Shown here in pieces: positions 38,610-49,545 of a stretch of DNA of 64,000 nucleotides. Position 1 is the first letter of the stretch. Each line of letters opens with the position of its first letter. The position numbers and the translations under genes were made by a program. Source of the stretch: Paraphysomonas bandaiensis (Eukaryota > Protista > Chrysophyceae); the NCBI GenBank assembly GCA_965644295.1, contig CBFFRP010000435.1, positions 186,001-250,000 on the forward strand, in the 5' to 3' direction. The notes beneath the pieces are model-generated. The model searched no databases. It had not been told where the DNA came from and saw only the letters and a list, made by a program, of their open reading frames with translations.

Positions 38610-38978
38610 TCCGCTGATGCGTTCCTACAGCTTGCGGTACAAGAATAGCTGCAGATATTGAAAAGATATATAGCCCATTCATGTAATCCTAGAATTTCAG
38701 TAAAGTACTGGGGACTTGAAACATATTTGAAAAGAAACCTTCGGTATTTTATATATGGAAGCTTCGTTTTTTATTGCAATCTTATCACATTGCAAATTAT
38801 ATACTCGTAATATATAGTTGACCAAAATGATATTTCGTAAAGTATTAAACCAAATATACATGTGGGAGAGGTCATCCAGTCCGAATTTATGTACGTTCAA
38901 TACTTTGAATACCACATAGTGTTCAGGTATCCACGCACCGCTGTTACAAAAATCCAGATAAACCTACATATATTGAAA
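38610..38978 (-). pseudogene. decayed partial duplicate of the steroid 5-alpha-reductase gene at 57888-58688
   Basis: Aligns by eye to ~58221-58622 (e.g. GACTGGATGACCTCTCCCACATGTATATTTGGTTTA and ATATGTTTCAAGTCCCCAGTACTTTACTGAAATT are identical). Carries a TGT>TGA change at 38897-38899 and frameshifting deletions. Confidence 0.9.
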
Positions 38979-40429
38979 GAGAACATCATACCTGTATCTT
39001 TTATCTCATATAGTTTACACTTTTCACACCTACTACTAGGAACAAGGAAGTCGATGCACAATTGTCGCCGTTTTTTCGGCCATTTTCAGGTGTCCATTAC
39101 TTAACATGTTGACTTCCAAGTAATTGCTTGGCTGAACACAAAATTTATCTAACGTTCTTTTATATCGAACCAGCAGTGAAATTTATGTGCTAAGCAGCCT
39201 ACCAACAACCTAACAGGCTTAAGAAGTATGGAGAATTGCTGTGAGTGCATGATATTTTGCAACGAAGATGAGTGTTTACAGTTTACAGGGGTGTCACTGG
39301 GTGGGTATACGGTATATTTCCGAGGTTAAATATATGTATCATGATTACTTTTTGGAACTTTTCTCTATACACATATTTGTGCTTAGCAAACTGGATATCA
39401 ATTTAAGAGTAATATCAGGTGTGACGAGTAACATCAACCAACCACATCCATAATTCTAATATACCGGTTCTTTCTACTTTCTTGGTTACTGGTTCTCCCT
39501 TGCCCTTCTGGAGTTCAACTGCAAACTTATTCTGTCGCTCTCGTTGTCGTACTCGGCCAACCGTGTGATAGGACACACAGTGCCCGTCATATCCGCAACA
39601 GTGTCACCTATCTATGTTCGGTTGGTGGGGTCGGAGCAAAATTCCTTCAACACGAGGTCTTGCCAATCCCAAGTTCATCTCGCTGGGAGCGCCTCAACTG
39701 CAGCCTCTCTCTGGCCACGGCCGGCACTGTGGGCCATCCATTGTCAGTGCTGTCCAGCACAGTCAAGTGCTTCAACACCGTATTTATAGCCTGTTTCTGG
39801 GGTACATATGCCGACACAAGGTGCCACTAGAGACAGCTTCAAGTATTTTTCCTATTACTAGGGCGTGGCTCTGAGGATTTAGTCTCATGCCGTTGTTTCC
39901 AGTATTATTCATAGATTTCTGATTAGATTGCTTTAACATTCTTCAACTAAGGAAGAATTGCATGAAATATCAAACGGAAGACAACATGCGACAATATGCG
40001 GTCAGCAGTATCCAACATGTGTATGGTTTGATGGGGCTGATATCTAGATATGGATATCATCATATCCATCAAACTCTCCTTGAAACCAACAAAAATGACG
40101 TTTTTAGGTGATATGATTTCGGAAAAGCGGATATATTCGCAGCTCAAAAAAATCGCACTGCATATTTCTAATCATATTAGTTTTTCTTTGCCTATAAAAT
40201 ACCTCTTTTCCTATAAAATATTGGATTTTCAACAATTATCCCACTTTCCCTTCTACCACATGCATATTCTTTTCCAGTCTTTGTCCAACTGCTGTATACT
40301 CCTGCTGTATGTGGTGTGGTGTGTGTGTATATCTTCTTGCTGGAATTATGTATGTGTGTATGTTGCTGTATGTTTGTGGGGGTTTACTATATACTTCAAG
40401 CAGTAGAAATCACGCATCAGACAGCATCT

Positions 40430-42384
40430 CAACCCTAGTGGTAATATAACACATAGCTGTCATCGACAACATCAGAGCTCATTCATTAGCAGGATATCTT
40501 CTATAGTGTGTGTTGTATTGAGGTGATTATGGGAAGACAAGGCTATAAAGGGATAGCAAGCATATCAGAGAACGTGTATGTTATTAACGATGATGGAGAT
40601 CATGTGATTAAGCTGCTGGAGATCACTGGACCCAAAGAGTGTGTTGTTCAGGTCATAGCTGGGAAAGCAGGAGTTGAGGGGGATGCTGATGCGGAGGTTG
40701 GCACTGATGCTAGACTGAGCAGACCAGGACGGTATGGCACTTGTACGATACCGTACTACAGCATGCTCTCCTTTAGTACCCATACAGTGTAGACTAACCA
40801 TAAGATACCTGGAGAGTTTGTTTAGTTATGTGTCTAATCCTTGTTTGTGATTGCAGCATTCAATCAGATCCTCTTAGAAGGCGTTGTTACTTCGGGTGCC
40901 GTCGAAGTCAAACGATTCGAGTTGTCACTCTACAAGACCGATTTCCAGTCACCACACTTCCAGTGAGCTTCGAGCAAGTGGCAAAAGATTCTGAACTGGA
41001 TTTCAATAGGTACATATTCATAGCTCACACTTGGACTCAAGAAGTGCTTGTTTCGAGTAACTATTACCAGTACACCATTTTGTTTTCCTCCTATTACATA
41101 ATGTGTCGTTGTAGAATCCTCGTGAGTCCAAGCGGGTCTTCTTTGGTAGTGTTCGACAGACGTGGTCCTAAGGTATTTGTTGTTAATGAAATCCTCACGT
41201 CCGCACCTGTAGTCAATTTAGTCCACACTGAATCGTGTGGCCTGGCCCCCCCTCTTCAAGCCGCGGCCTGGCCTGTGGTCCCTCTGGAGCCTATGTCTGT
41301 ATGGGACACGAGTGTGAGGTTCTATGCGAATGGTCAATTGAAAATTAGCCCTATTGGAACAGAAAAGGGCTTGGGTATATGCACACATTGCTGCTTCATG
41401 GCTGCAGGTTCAATGGTTTGGCTTGGTTGTTTATGTACTATATGCACTTCCAAACTTCCCTATATACCCACTGCAGATGAGGAGGCTGCGAAGAAGAAAA
41501 ATAGTAGGCGGTTAAGATTGGTCCACAGTACATCCAGTGTGTCGGATGACAGTGATACCCACTCTAGAAAGATTGCCACACCACCTCGCCCTCAGCCTCT
41601 TGAGGCTGGCGAAGATGGAATTAGTGGTCAATCGACGAGCCCGGGATTCCTCAGGAAAGTGTCTGATGCAACGGACTCCTCCCAATCGCAGGCCACCGCA
41701 TCTTTATCTACTCCAGAACCTTTGGTTTCTTCTTCGGTACCTACATCTTCCCTATCCACGCTCAGTGAACACCCGGGTGTGTTTTGTGTGGCTGATATGT
41801 CTGCCATTCATCCCAAATTTTTGATACATGACATGGTAACAATTACGAGCAACACAATTTTGGTTCTCAATAGGTACTCGAAATATACTGGGTTGTGGCA
41901 AATAACGTCCAGTAATAATTGGAATTCTGTGAGTCAAGAGTGTCGAGATGGTGATATGTCTGGAGAATTGGAGGTTCATTTTGTTGGCAATAAATCATGG
42001 TTAGCACCTCATGGAATGACTCTGTCGCCGAGTCGTAAAAAATTGTTGGTGCTCGAGACGGGGGAAGGTGAGGCTGGAGAAAGAGGGGGAATAATTAGTA
42101 TCATGGATGTATCTCTGACATCTGAGGATGGACGTGTGTGTGTGAGTAATATAACACAGTTGAAGCAAACATCTCCGAAATCACCTGGTTGGAACCCACT
42201 TAAATACGATTTAGAGCCCCTTCCTCCTCACACTTCGTACTCAGATGTATATGACTTGGGTAAGTTAGGTTACAGCAGTATAAGTTTGTTTGCTTGCGAC
42301 TCTGTTATTACTACATGTGCCAATATTACGGAATATAATATTTATGCAGGGAAGTCTAAATTGCCCAAGTGCGTAACAATGTAG
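40430..42384 (+). CDS. NHL/beta-propeller-like hypothetical protein, multi-exon, ends uncertain
   Basis: VYVINDDGDHVIKLL...VIAGKAGVEGDAD...ARLSRPG and APHGMTLSPSRKKLLVLE resemble NHL blades. Ser-rich linker. Introns near 40732-40856 and 41009-41114. Confidence 0.55.
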
Positions 42385-42789
42385 CGGATTGAACCAAGCT
42401 ACTTCATCGGGTTTTCTTTTTCATAATAGGTGTAGACGTCATTAAAATAAAGACTAAATATCCTTCCGTATTATTGATGGAAGATTTATTTTATTATATA
42501 GTTGAATTATGTTCATGACGCATGATAGAATGAGGCGGTGGAAGTTATATTCTTGTGCTAACATTTGCATCTTTTATATAATAGGTGAGACGCTATTATG
42601 TGTTCATACTTGTCATTGTTTTGTTATTGTTTGAGATATATGGTGTTCATAAACACTTCGTACTAAGTAATGCAATGCCTAATATTCTATCGAGGAAATG
42701 CTGAAGAAAGCAAAAGAGCTTGTTTTCAGACTTTTAGATGGTTGAAGAAAAGTTATTATTGCGCACACAATGTTATCATACTACATCAT

Positions 42790-42907
42790 GACCCACAAGC
42801 AGCTTTCGTAGCGCCAGATAGTAGGATATCAGAGTTAAGCACTAGTAGTTAGTTCTGACGTTCTGACACTTTCAGGTCTATTGCTTAGCAATAATCAGAC
42901 TTTTAAT
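42790..42907 (+). mobile_element. 3' fragment of the non-autonomous retroelement family
   Basis: GACCCACAAGCAGCTTTCGTAGCG...GATATCAGAGTTAAGCACTAGT...AATAATCAGACTTTTAATA. Confidence 0.7.
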
Positions 42908-42920
42908 ACTGAGTATATAT

Positions 42921-43077
42921 CAGGGTTAGGTAACAATACATGCCATATTGTAGTATGGTATTGCAATATATTGCAATAGTATTGTTGGGCTGGTTTAAAA
43001 ACTTCATCAATACTATTGATAGTATAGATAAAACGCTATCTGACAATAGTATTGCAGTATATTCTTCCTTTTCCCTG
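42921..43077. mobile_element. hAT-type MITE related to 33810-34042 (opposite orientation), degenerate TIR
   Basis: CAGGG...CCCTG termini and 8-bp TSD GTATATAT at 42913-42920 and 43078-43085. Interior matches the reverse complement of ~33833-33915. Confidence 0.85.
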
Positions 43078-43255
43078 GTATATATATATCAAGTTCTTTT
43101 CTTAAAAAATAATTATATGTTCACCATCATTATTTAAACATGTCTAGATTTGACACTGATAAACATTCATATATATCTTGGATTGTCACGATACTTCTGT
43201 TTTACGAATATATTATAGCTACACCGTATTTTGACTGTGTATTACAGCTTAGCTT

Positions 43256-43342
43256 CCCTCAACAAAGTCGGACTCGCACCTTTTCGTGGTGTTCTGGGGG
43301 ATAAGTACCGGAGTTATTTCTCTGGGAAACTAACGTGAGCCG
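43256..43342 (+). ncRNA. putative HDV-like self-cleaving ribozyme at the element 5' end
   Basis: P3 ACC/GGT closing L3 TTTTCGT. P2 CGG(A)CTCGC/GTGAGCCG. P4 CCGGAG/CTCTGG. J4/2 CTAAC with the candidate catalytic C at 43330. P1 CCCTCAAC/GTTCTGGGGG is imperfect. Confidence 0.55.
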
Positions 43343-43780
43343 CAAACATAGTCAGCAGATATTCTTCTGCCCACTCATAGCCGAATGCTTGTGTGGTACA
43401 AGGGACACCAATAAGTGTCACTTGTGTAGACGTCTTTGGGCCCTGACGAATAAACAGGCATCCGGGAATGGGTCCACCTCAAGGTCATCCGGGACAGGGC
43501 CCACCTGAAGGGTAACCGGGGTATTGGGCTGCCTGCTGAAGTCAAACATCCGGAATGTTCACCTTAAGAACTCAGAGCGGAAGTGGTCGCACCTTGGTGC
43601 TTGTGGCGACGCACATGCAGCTTCCGTAGGGTCAAATAGTAGGATAAAAAAAGTGTGTACTGATTAGTTACAGGTAGAGGTCTAACTAGTTTGTCGCTAG
43701 CATTAATCTAGCTACTAATTTAGTGCAGGTTGTTAACGCCTATTGCTAATAATAAGACTTTCAATATAAGACTTTCAATA
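43256..43780 (+). mobile_element. complete non-autonomous non-LTR (SINE/RIME-like) retroelement, 525 bp
   Basis: 13-bp TSD TACAGCTTAGCTT at 43243-43255 and 43781-43793. 3' tail of TAAGACTTTCAATA x2 (43753-43780). Internal imperfect ~27-bp tandem repeats (CATCCGGG...CCACCTNAAGG). No long ORF. Confidence 0.88.
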
Positions 43781-44397
43781 TACAGCTTAGCTTTTTCACA
43801 TTATATAATTTAATAAATAATACTGATCTTTGAGAATTATACGTATTCTAAACTTTTTGAAGTAAAAACTCCGTTGATATTACACATGACAGATATCCCC
43901 TTTTCCTGTCAAAAAGTGCTTTTCGGACTAAATTAGGCTTATAACAGACTGCTCATATTAGCACCGCGAAAATAATGTAGTCATTCAACTTCAATTTTCT
44001 GTTTGAACAGAAACTACCTTCTTTCTTAATTATTATGTTATTGACATTCATTTGAAAGTGGTGATATCATTATATTACACAATTTGAAGGAAATGATGAG
44101 TGTGTATCATCCTTCGTTTGCTGTGAAAAAAATGATGTTAGGGAAAACAACAGGACTTCAGAGAACTATACCTCAAGAATATTTCAGGAGAGGTTTTAAG
44201 TGCCATAAATATATGATGCTGAAGAGGTGGCTAGTAGGAGCAGTGACACCCAGTTATCTCAGAGTTCGATTTGTATAGTGCAGATAAGGATTATATGCCT
44301 CTCTTATCGTACATTCCCTTTGTATAATAGATACCATTTGTCATTAGTTTTCTTTTAAGAGCATGCAAGCTACAAAATAACTATACATTCATATCAG

Positions 44398-44523
44398 TGT
44401 GACGCACAAGCAGATTTCGTAGCGTTATATAGTTGGATATCAGAGTTAAGTACTGTTAATTAGTTAATTGTCCTGACTCACGAACTCTTATGTTGCTAAT
44501 TTGCTAATAATACGACATTCACT
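44398..44523 (+). mobile_element. 3' fragment of the non-autonomous retroelement family
   Basis: GTGACGCACAAGCAGATTTCGTAGCG...GATATCAGAGTTAAGTACT...GCTAATAATACGACATTCA. Confidence 0.7.
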
Positions 44524-45229
44524 ACATTCTTGATATTATTATATATATAGTCGCACGAGGCGATTTTTGTTGCATTAAAATCATCACTGTTATGCCCAAT
44601 TTGAGTGCTGTGGGTAAGATATGAGGCACACAATCCTGATTTTTACGACGTAACCCTAAATGAACGGGTTACTACTGCTCTACAAATAATCACCTTCAGA
44701 ATCAGATGTTGCATTTGAGCTCTACCTAAAAAGTCTAAAAGTATTGTTACAAAAAGTTCTAGTTTTGCGGTAATATATTTGCAGATATCTAAAAAGTCCT
44801 AGTTTTGCGAATAGTTTGCCCTACTAAATTCAACCGACGTTCTCTACTAAACTAAAACGTATTTTTTCTTTCTGCTAAAGTTTGCCGCCGAATTTATTAT
44901 ATATAAAAAATATGGCAGCTGAGCCTACTAAATTTTTAGATAATCCTACTGCTAAGATAATAAAATTATTCAAATTTTTAGCTTCGTAGAAACGAATGGA
45001 TAATTAGTAGGTTTGAAAATGGCACCGCCTAGTTTTGAATCATTACACATTTGAATACACAAGGAATAGAACTTTGAGAGTTTTAAAGAGTTATGTAATA
45101 ATATAATGAATTCAATTTCAAGTGGCTGTCAATATCATAATTAAGATAGAAGTTGGTTTCTGTTCGAACCGAATATTGAAAACAAAACGGAGATAGGTAT
45201 CAAGATTTGACTTATCACGCGATAAAATA

Positions 45230-45503
45230 TCAAACAGCAGAACGTGATAATATGTACACAATGCTTGAAATTATTAATTATAATCAATCTCACTTATTAT
45301 CATTCATTGTCACTCGCCAGATACCTGTTATCTCAACCACCAATCATTATCATACGATCTTATACAGTCAATATATTTCAGTTATGATTGCTATCATGAC
45401 ATTATTTCTCAGAATACAGTTAACCACTTCTGTATTCTTCCATTAACAGTAGTCATAGTTTATATGCATTTAAACTACAGTTCTCCAACAGCAAAATTCA
45501 ACA
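45230..45503 (-). mobile_element. solo LTR (degenerate) related to 24825-25103 and 58888-59173
   Basis: Minus strand starts TGTTGAATTTTGCTGTT. The ORF-track pseudo-peptides NQSHL.SFIV...VISTTNH....LY.QYISV are shared with the 24825 copy. Distal end approximate. Confidence 0.7.
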
Positions 45504-46100
45504 ATAAGATCAGATCTGATAGTATTTATCGGCCCTTGAATTGATATACGTGAGGAATCCAGTATGGTTTAGAAAGTACCTGAAGAGTAATAGGGCAGCG
45601 AGTAAATATTTTAGGACACAGAGTAACAATATATATCATTATTATTGGAATTTGAAAACCAATTGTAAAACAATAGTAGAACGTACTGTAAAATAATACA
45701 GTATCAAGTATAATAAGTAAATTCATGAATACTGCTCCAAAAACGACACCAAGCATTTAACTGCTATCCCAGCGACACTCCACACAACTATCGTACGCAC
45801 AATGTACTGCACATAGCAGTTTAAGGATATCATAGCGGAACAAACATAGCTCCAAATGGCAGCATACGGATTGCTTCACACTTTCTATGGCTTTATATAA
45901 ATACTGTCGGCACACAAAAATATACCAAACATTTCGCGTACACTACACCACTTCAAATTTATAGTCAGGCAGCTTCAGAAAGGATGGATAGAACGCAGTC
46001 TACATTCAATCATTATACCAATCCAATTCGAAGTCCAATGGGAGTCCATTTCATATCAAGGAAAATTTATATCAGTAGTTTCTTAAGGTGAGGCTGGGTA

Positions 46101-46994
46101 TTACAATGAAAAGCTGACACGCTTCTTCTTTCGTGGAGGAGGGGGGGTGGTTGAGCTATCTCTATTTCCCACTTCAATTATAACATTCACCGTAGCGTCA
46201 TCTTGAGTTGTGCTAACAATCTCCGTAATTTCATCAAGACGGCGTTTTTTGGGGGTAGCCAATAGCCAATTCATGATCATAACGTTAGCAAATACATCTA
46301 CAATACAGGAAAACAAGCACACATGGCCTGGTTGTTTTCCATGATTCAGGACAATCGATAGCAGGTTTACAAAGGAGAACACAGTGGAGATACTTGCTCC
46401 TACGAGGTTTTTCTGGGCTAAACGGAGAATAGACGGCGACTCTGCTGAGTACTGCAGAAGAGGTATCAAGAACAGAGTGACAAGATAAACACTAAATGTG
46501 GTGTCATATATCAGAAGCGGAATGGAAGCTGGATCTCGAAGCCCTATGCGGCACACCCCATGATTATCTACACTACCAATACGGTATATAATCATCAGGG
46601 CAAATATGATGCTAAAAGCACCCATAAGAGACAAATTAAAAAAATATAAACTATATCCGTATCGATCAGTATCCATTTTGAACGCCTCATTTACTATGCG
46701 AGATTTTTCAATCAAAAAAATATATACCAAAATTTTACTACTCGCATAAAACACTATACACGCCCATACGCCTATCTGACAATACTCTGCATCATTCTCA
46801 CGTGTTTGTAGTGGGATAAGTATAACAGCTTGAGCGATAAATAATAATGATGCAATAAGTGCAAATATACCGATATAATCAACATATCTCAACATACTAC
46901 CACTCAGAAAATGTAAACGTCTTGCTAATACAATTGTACCAAATACAAACATTATACATCCTAATGAGAGTAGTGTGATTACAATACTCAACAT
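46101..46994 (-). CDS. seven-transmembrane GPCR-like protein, 297 aa, intronless
   Basis: Seven hydrophobic segments. Cys at the top of TM3 (EYCQIG) and in ECL2 (GVCRIGL). Basic C-terminal tail. Confidence 0.7.
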   Translation of the reverse strand: MLSIVITLLSLGCIMFVFGTIVLARRLHFLSGSMLRYVDYIGIFALIASLLFIAQAVILIPLQTRENDAEYCQIGVWACIVFYASSKILVYIFLIEKSRIVNEAFKMDTDRYGYSLYFFNLSLMGAFSIIFALMIIYRIGSVDNHGVCRIGLRDPASIPLLIYDTTFSVYLVTLFLIPLLQYSAESPSILRLAQKNLVGASISTVFSFVNLLSIVLNHGKQPGHVCLFSCIVDVFANVMIMNWLLATPKKRRLDEITEIVSTTQDDATVNVIIEVGNRDSSTTPPPPRKKKRVSFSL

Positions 46995-48504
46995 ATCACT
47001 CTCTCTGTTTGTGTTAATGTGTCTGGTTAATGCATTAATAATACTAATAAACTGAAAATATATAGAGAGATGACAAATGAAGTGTGAAGTTTAAATATAT
47101 AGTACGCGAATTATTCACATACTTTACTTCACTTCATAAATAATGAGTATGACTATATGTGTGCTATAATTTATGTATGTATCTTTGAAATCTATGCTAT
47201 CAAATATACGCATGTGTGTGAACGTCCACATACTGTACATATATAGAAACTGTACTATACCTGTGAATAAATTCGATGGATGTCACCAATTTTAGACGAA
47301 AGTTTGGTGGGGTGTTCTGTAGGTTGAAGTTCAGTGTGAATGTTGTGATATATGTAGAGATGACGTACAGACTTTCTGTTGTATTTTTGAAATACACTAC
47401 GTACGTATTATGATGATACAAAATGAATGTACATGAGGAGCAGCAGCTACAGTGTTAGAGATATATGCATCTATGAAGATACCCAGATGACAATATCTTG
47501 AATTCTCTGGTAGCTATTGGGGCAGATGTATGTGGGGTAAGCCACTTGATATCCATGAAATGCGAATTATACTGCGAAGCTATGTCTCTGTTACGATTCT
47601 CTAAGACTAGATGCTTCATCTATTACCTTTAGATCCAATTTCAAAGGCACTTCAACATGCGCAGAATTGGAGGCTCAGACGTCCAGAGATCATTACAAAC
47701 ACCTTTAATAATCTTAATTCCTGTATTTAATCCCTTTCTACCTTCAAATGACAATCGGCTGAATATAGAGTTATAGTCCTTGGGCAACTCAAGCTCAATG
47801 AGTACGAAGTGTCTGGAAATTCTAATTTGATATGGATTGATGTATTAATATAGTGACGTGATTGGTCTGTTGTGAATTGGATTGGCTGTGAGTTTGAATT
47901 AATTCGGAGAGCCCAAACAATAAGTTATGAAAGTCGATGTTTCAAAGTACAGGTGGGCGAACCATGTAGTCTATACTTCCAATACACGCGAAAGCATGTT
48001 CAGCGCAGCTAAACTCATTATCTCACAGTTTCACATGCATTCGGCTACACTGGATATGATGCTGTTTCTGAAAGGAAATCAATACTTAGTATGGCGGGCA
48101 GGATGCATACACAATTGATGACGACAATACCGATTATGGCTCAGAGGTTGAGTACGAGAGAAAAGAACTAGGTATTTTTTGTTTAACAGCGTAGTGGGCT
48201 TGGTGATCATGTGGACTTAATACATATGTATTTAGCTGGGTATTTAACTAATATTCTGCGATCATAGTATGAGCATTGTTGGACCGGTTAGAAAATTTCT
48301 GCAATATTTCTAATTGGACGCTACCCTACAATACTATAGCAGTATATTTTTCCATAGTCCTGGTACTTATGTATGCATTACATTGTCCCCAACACTACAA
48401 GGCTACTTTTCAGTATTCAAGATTTCAGCTCACACAGCTACTATTAACATAAAAATACTATCATTTGTGATGTAATGACATGTTTTACTCTATTATAATT
48501 TAAG

Positions 48505-49545
48505 CTATGTTGGAATTACTTCTCCTCCATCACAGTAGTAATATTCCTCTACTAGACCGCTGTCTATAAACGACTGGTTTCTCATACTAAACAGCTCTGC
48601 GCAACACGGCTGAGTATCTAGGGATGACCAAGTCGGCGTGACTATACTACTTGGCGGCCAAGTGGTCTCGTATCTATACGCCAAAATGAAAACGGAGGGC
48701 ACATACAGAGTGCATGCCAAAACGCATATCAGATACTTCCATATGCGTATTTTTTTAGCAGAAAATATGACGAAGCCTAAAAGTAAACCTGATAAAAATC
48801 CCCCTACATGTGCGGCATATCCCACACTAGGATTGAACCAAAAAACAAAGGCCAAGACATCTGATGCCAGCTGAATTATAAGAGTGAAAGCAAGAAACCC
48901 TCCCAGCACTGGATGGAGTGTGTCAACATTTAGAATAAGTTCTGAAAAGCAAGCCCCATACATTGCATACACACCGTGAGAGCATCCAATCAATGCCCGA
49001 TATGGCCAAACAGAGGCATGACACAATGCACCACCAAGAACACCCAACTGATAAACTATTAACGTTCTCCATAAACCTTGGCACCCTTCCAGAAGAACTC
49101 CAAACATGAATGCCATGAATTGGTTGGAGCATACATGAAGGTATCCGGCATGCACAAACTGATGACTCCATAAACGCAAGTACTGATCCCTATTATCTGA
49201 ACAGTATGGCCATCTACTTACTGTATCGAACATTAAATTACGATTAGGAGGAGATATTGGTTGATATCTGGAGTACTCGACATTGTTGACACCGATGAGA
49301 TAGTAAATGCCATATATATACAAACTCAGTTGAACAATTATCATTCCCACAGTGTATATCGGATAATGCGCAAATCGTGCATTTGACTGTGGTGGATCCG
49401 TGTTGATGACGTCTTCTGCTGATTCACCAGTGGAGGCTCCACTGCTCTCCATGTCTTGTACTTCGAAGTGATCACTGTCATCTGTAATATCTTCATATTG
49501 AGAAGTCGTTTTTGACGACGAAATACCACTCAGAAACATTAACAT
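48505..49545 (-). CDS. rhomboid-family intramembrane serine protease, intronless
   Basis: LRLWSHQFVHAGYLHVCSN, catalytic Ser in IGCSHG and catalytic His in AAHVGGFLSG. Confidence 0.88.
   Translation of the reverse strand: MLMFLSGISSSKTTSQYEDITDDSDHFEVQDMESSGASTGESAEDVINTDPPQSNARFAHYPIYTVGMIIVQLSLYIYGIYYLIGVNNVEYSRYQPISPPNRNLMFDTVSRWPYCSDNRDQYLRLWSHQFVHAGYLHVCSNQFMAFMFGVLLEGCQGLWRTLIVYQLGVLGGALCHASVWPYRALIGCSHGVYAMYGACFSELILNVDTLHPVLGGFLAFTLIIQLASDVLAFVFWFNPSVGYAAHVGGFLSGLLLGFVIFSAKKIRIWKYLICVLACTLYVPSVFILAYRYETTWPPSSIVTPTWSSLDTQPCCAELFSMRNQSFIDSGLVEEYYYCDGGEVIPT

Noticed and set aside
39480-39900. GC-richer coding-like patch
   Set aside because: Stops or short ORFs in all frames and no recognisable domain. 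Possibly a relic, but unsupported.
43440-43470. Hammerhead ribozyme core (CTGACGA) inside the retroelement
   Set aside because: No downstream GAAA or stem II, and the motif is not kept in the other copies (TTGATGA, TTGAGGA).
44640-45050. Telomere-like TAACCCTAAA and repeated CTAGTTTTG/CTACTAAA motifs
   Set aside because: There is only a single telomere-like unit, and no TIR or TSD was found to define an element.
47420-48150. Plus-strand partner gene of the 7TM gene
   Set aside because: Only short broken frames. Cannot be supported without transcript or homology data.
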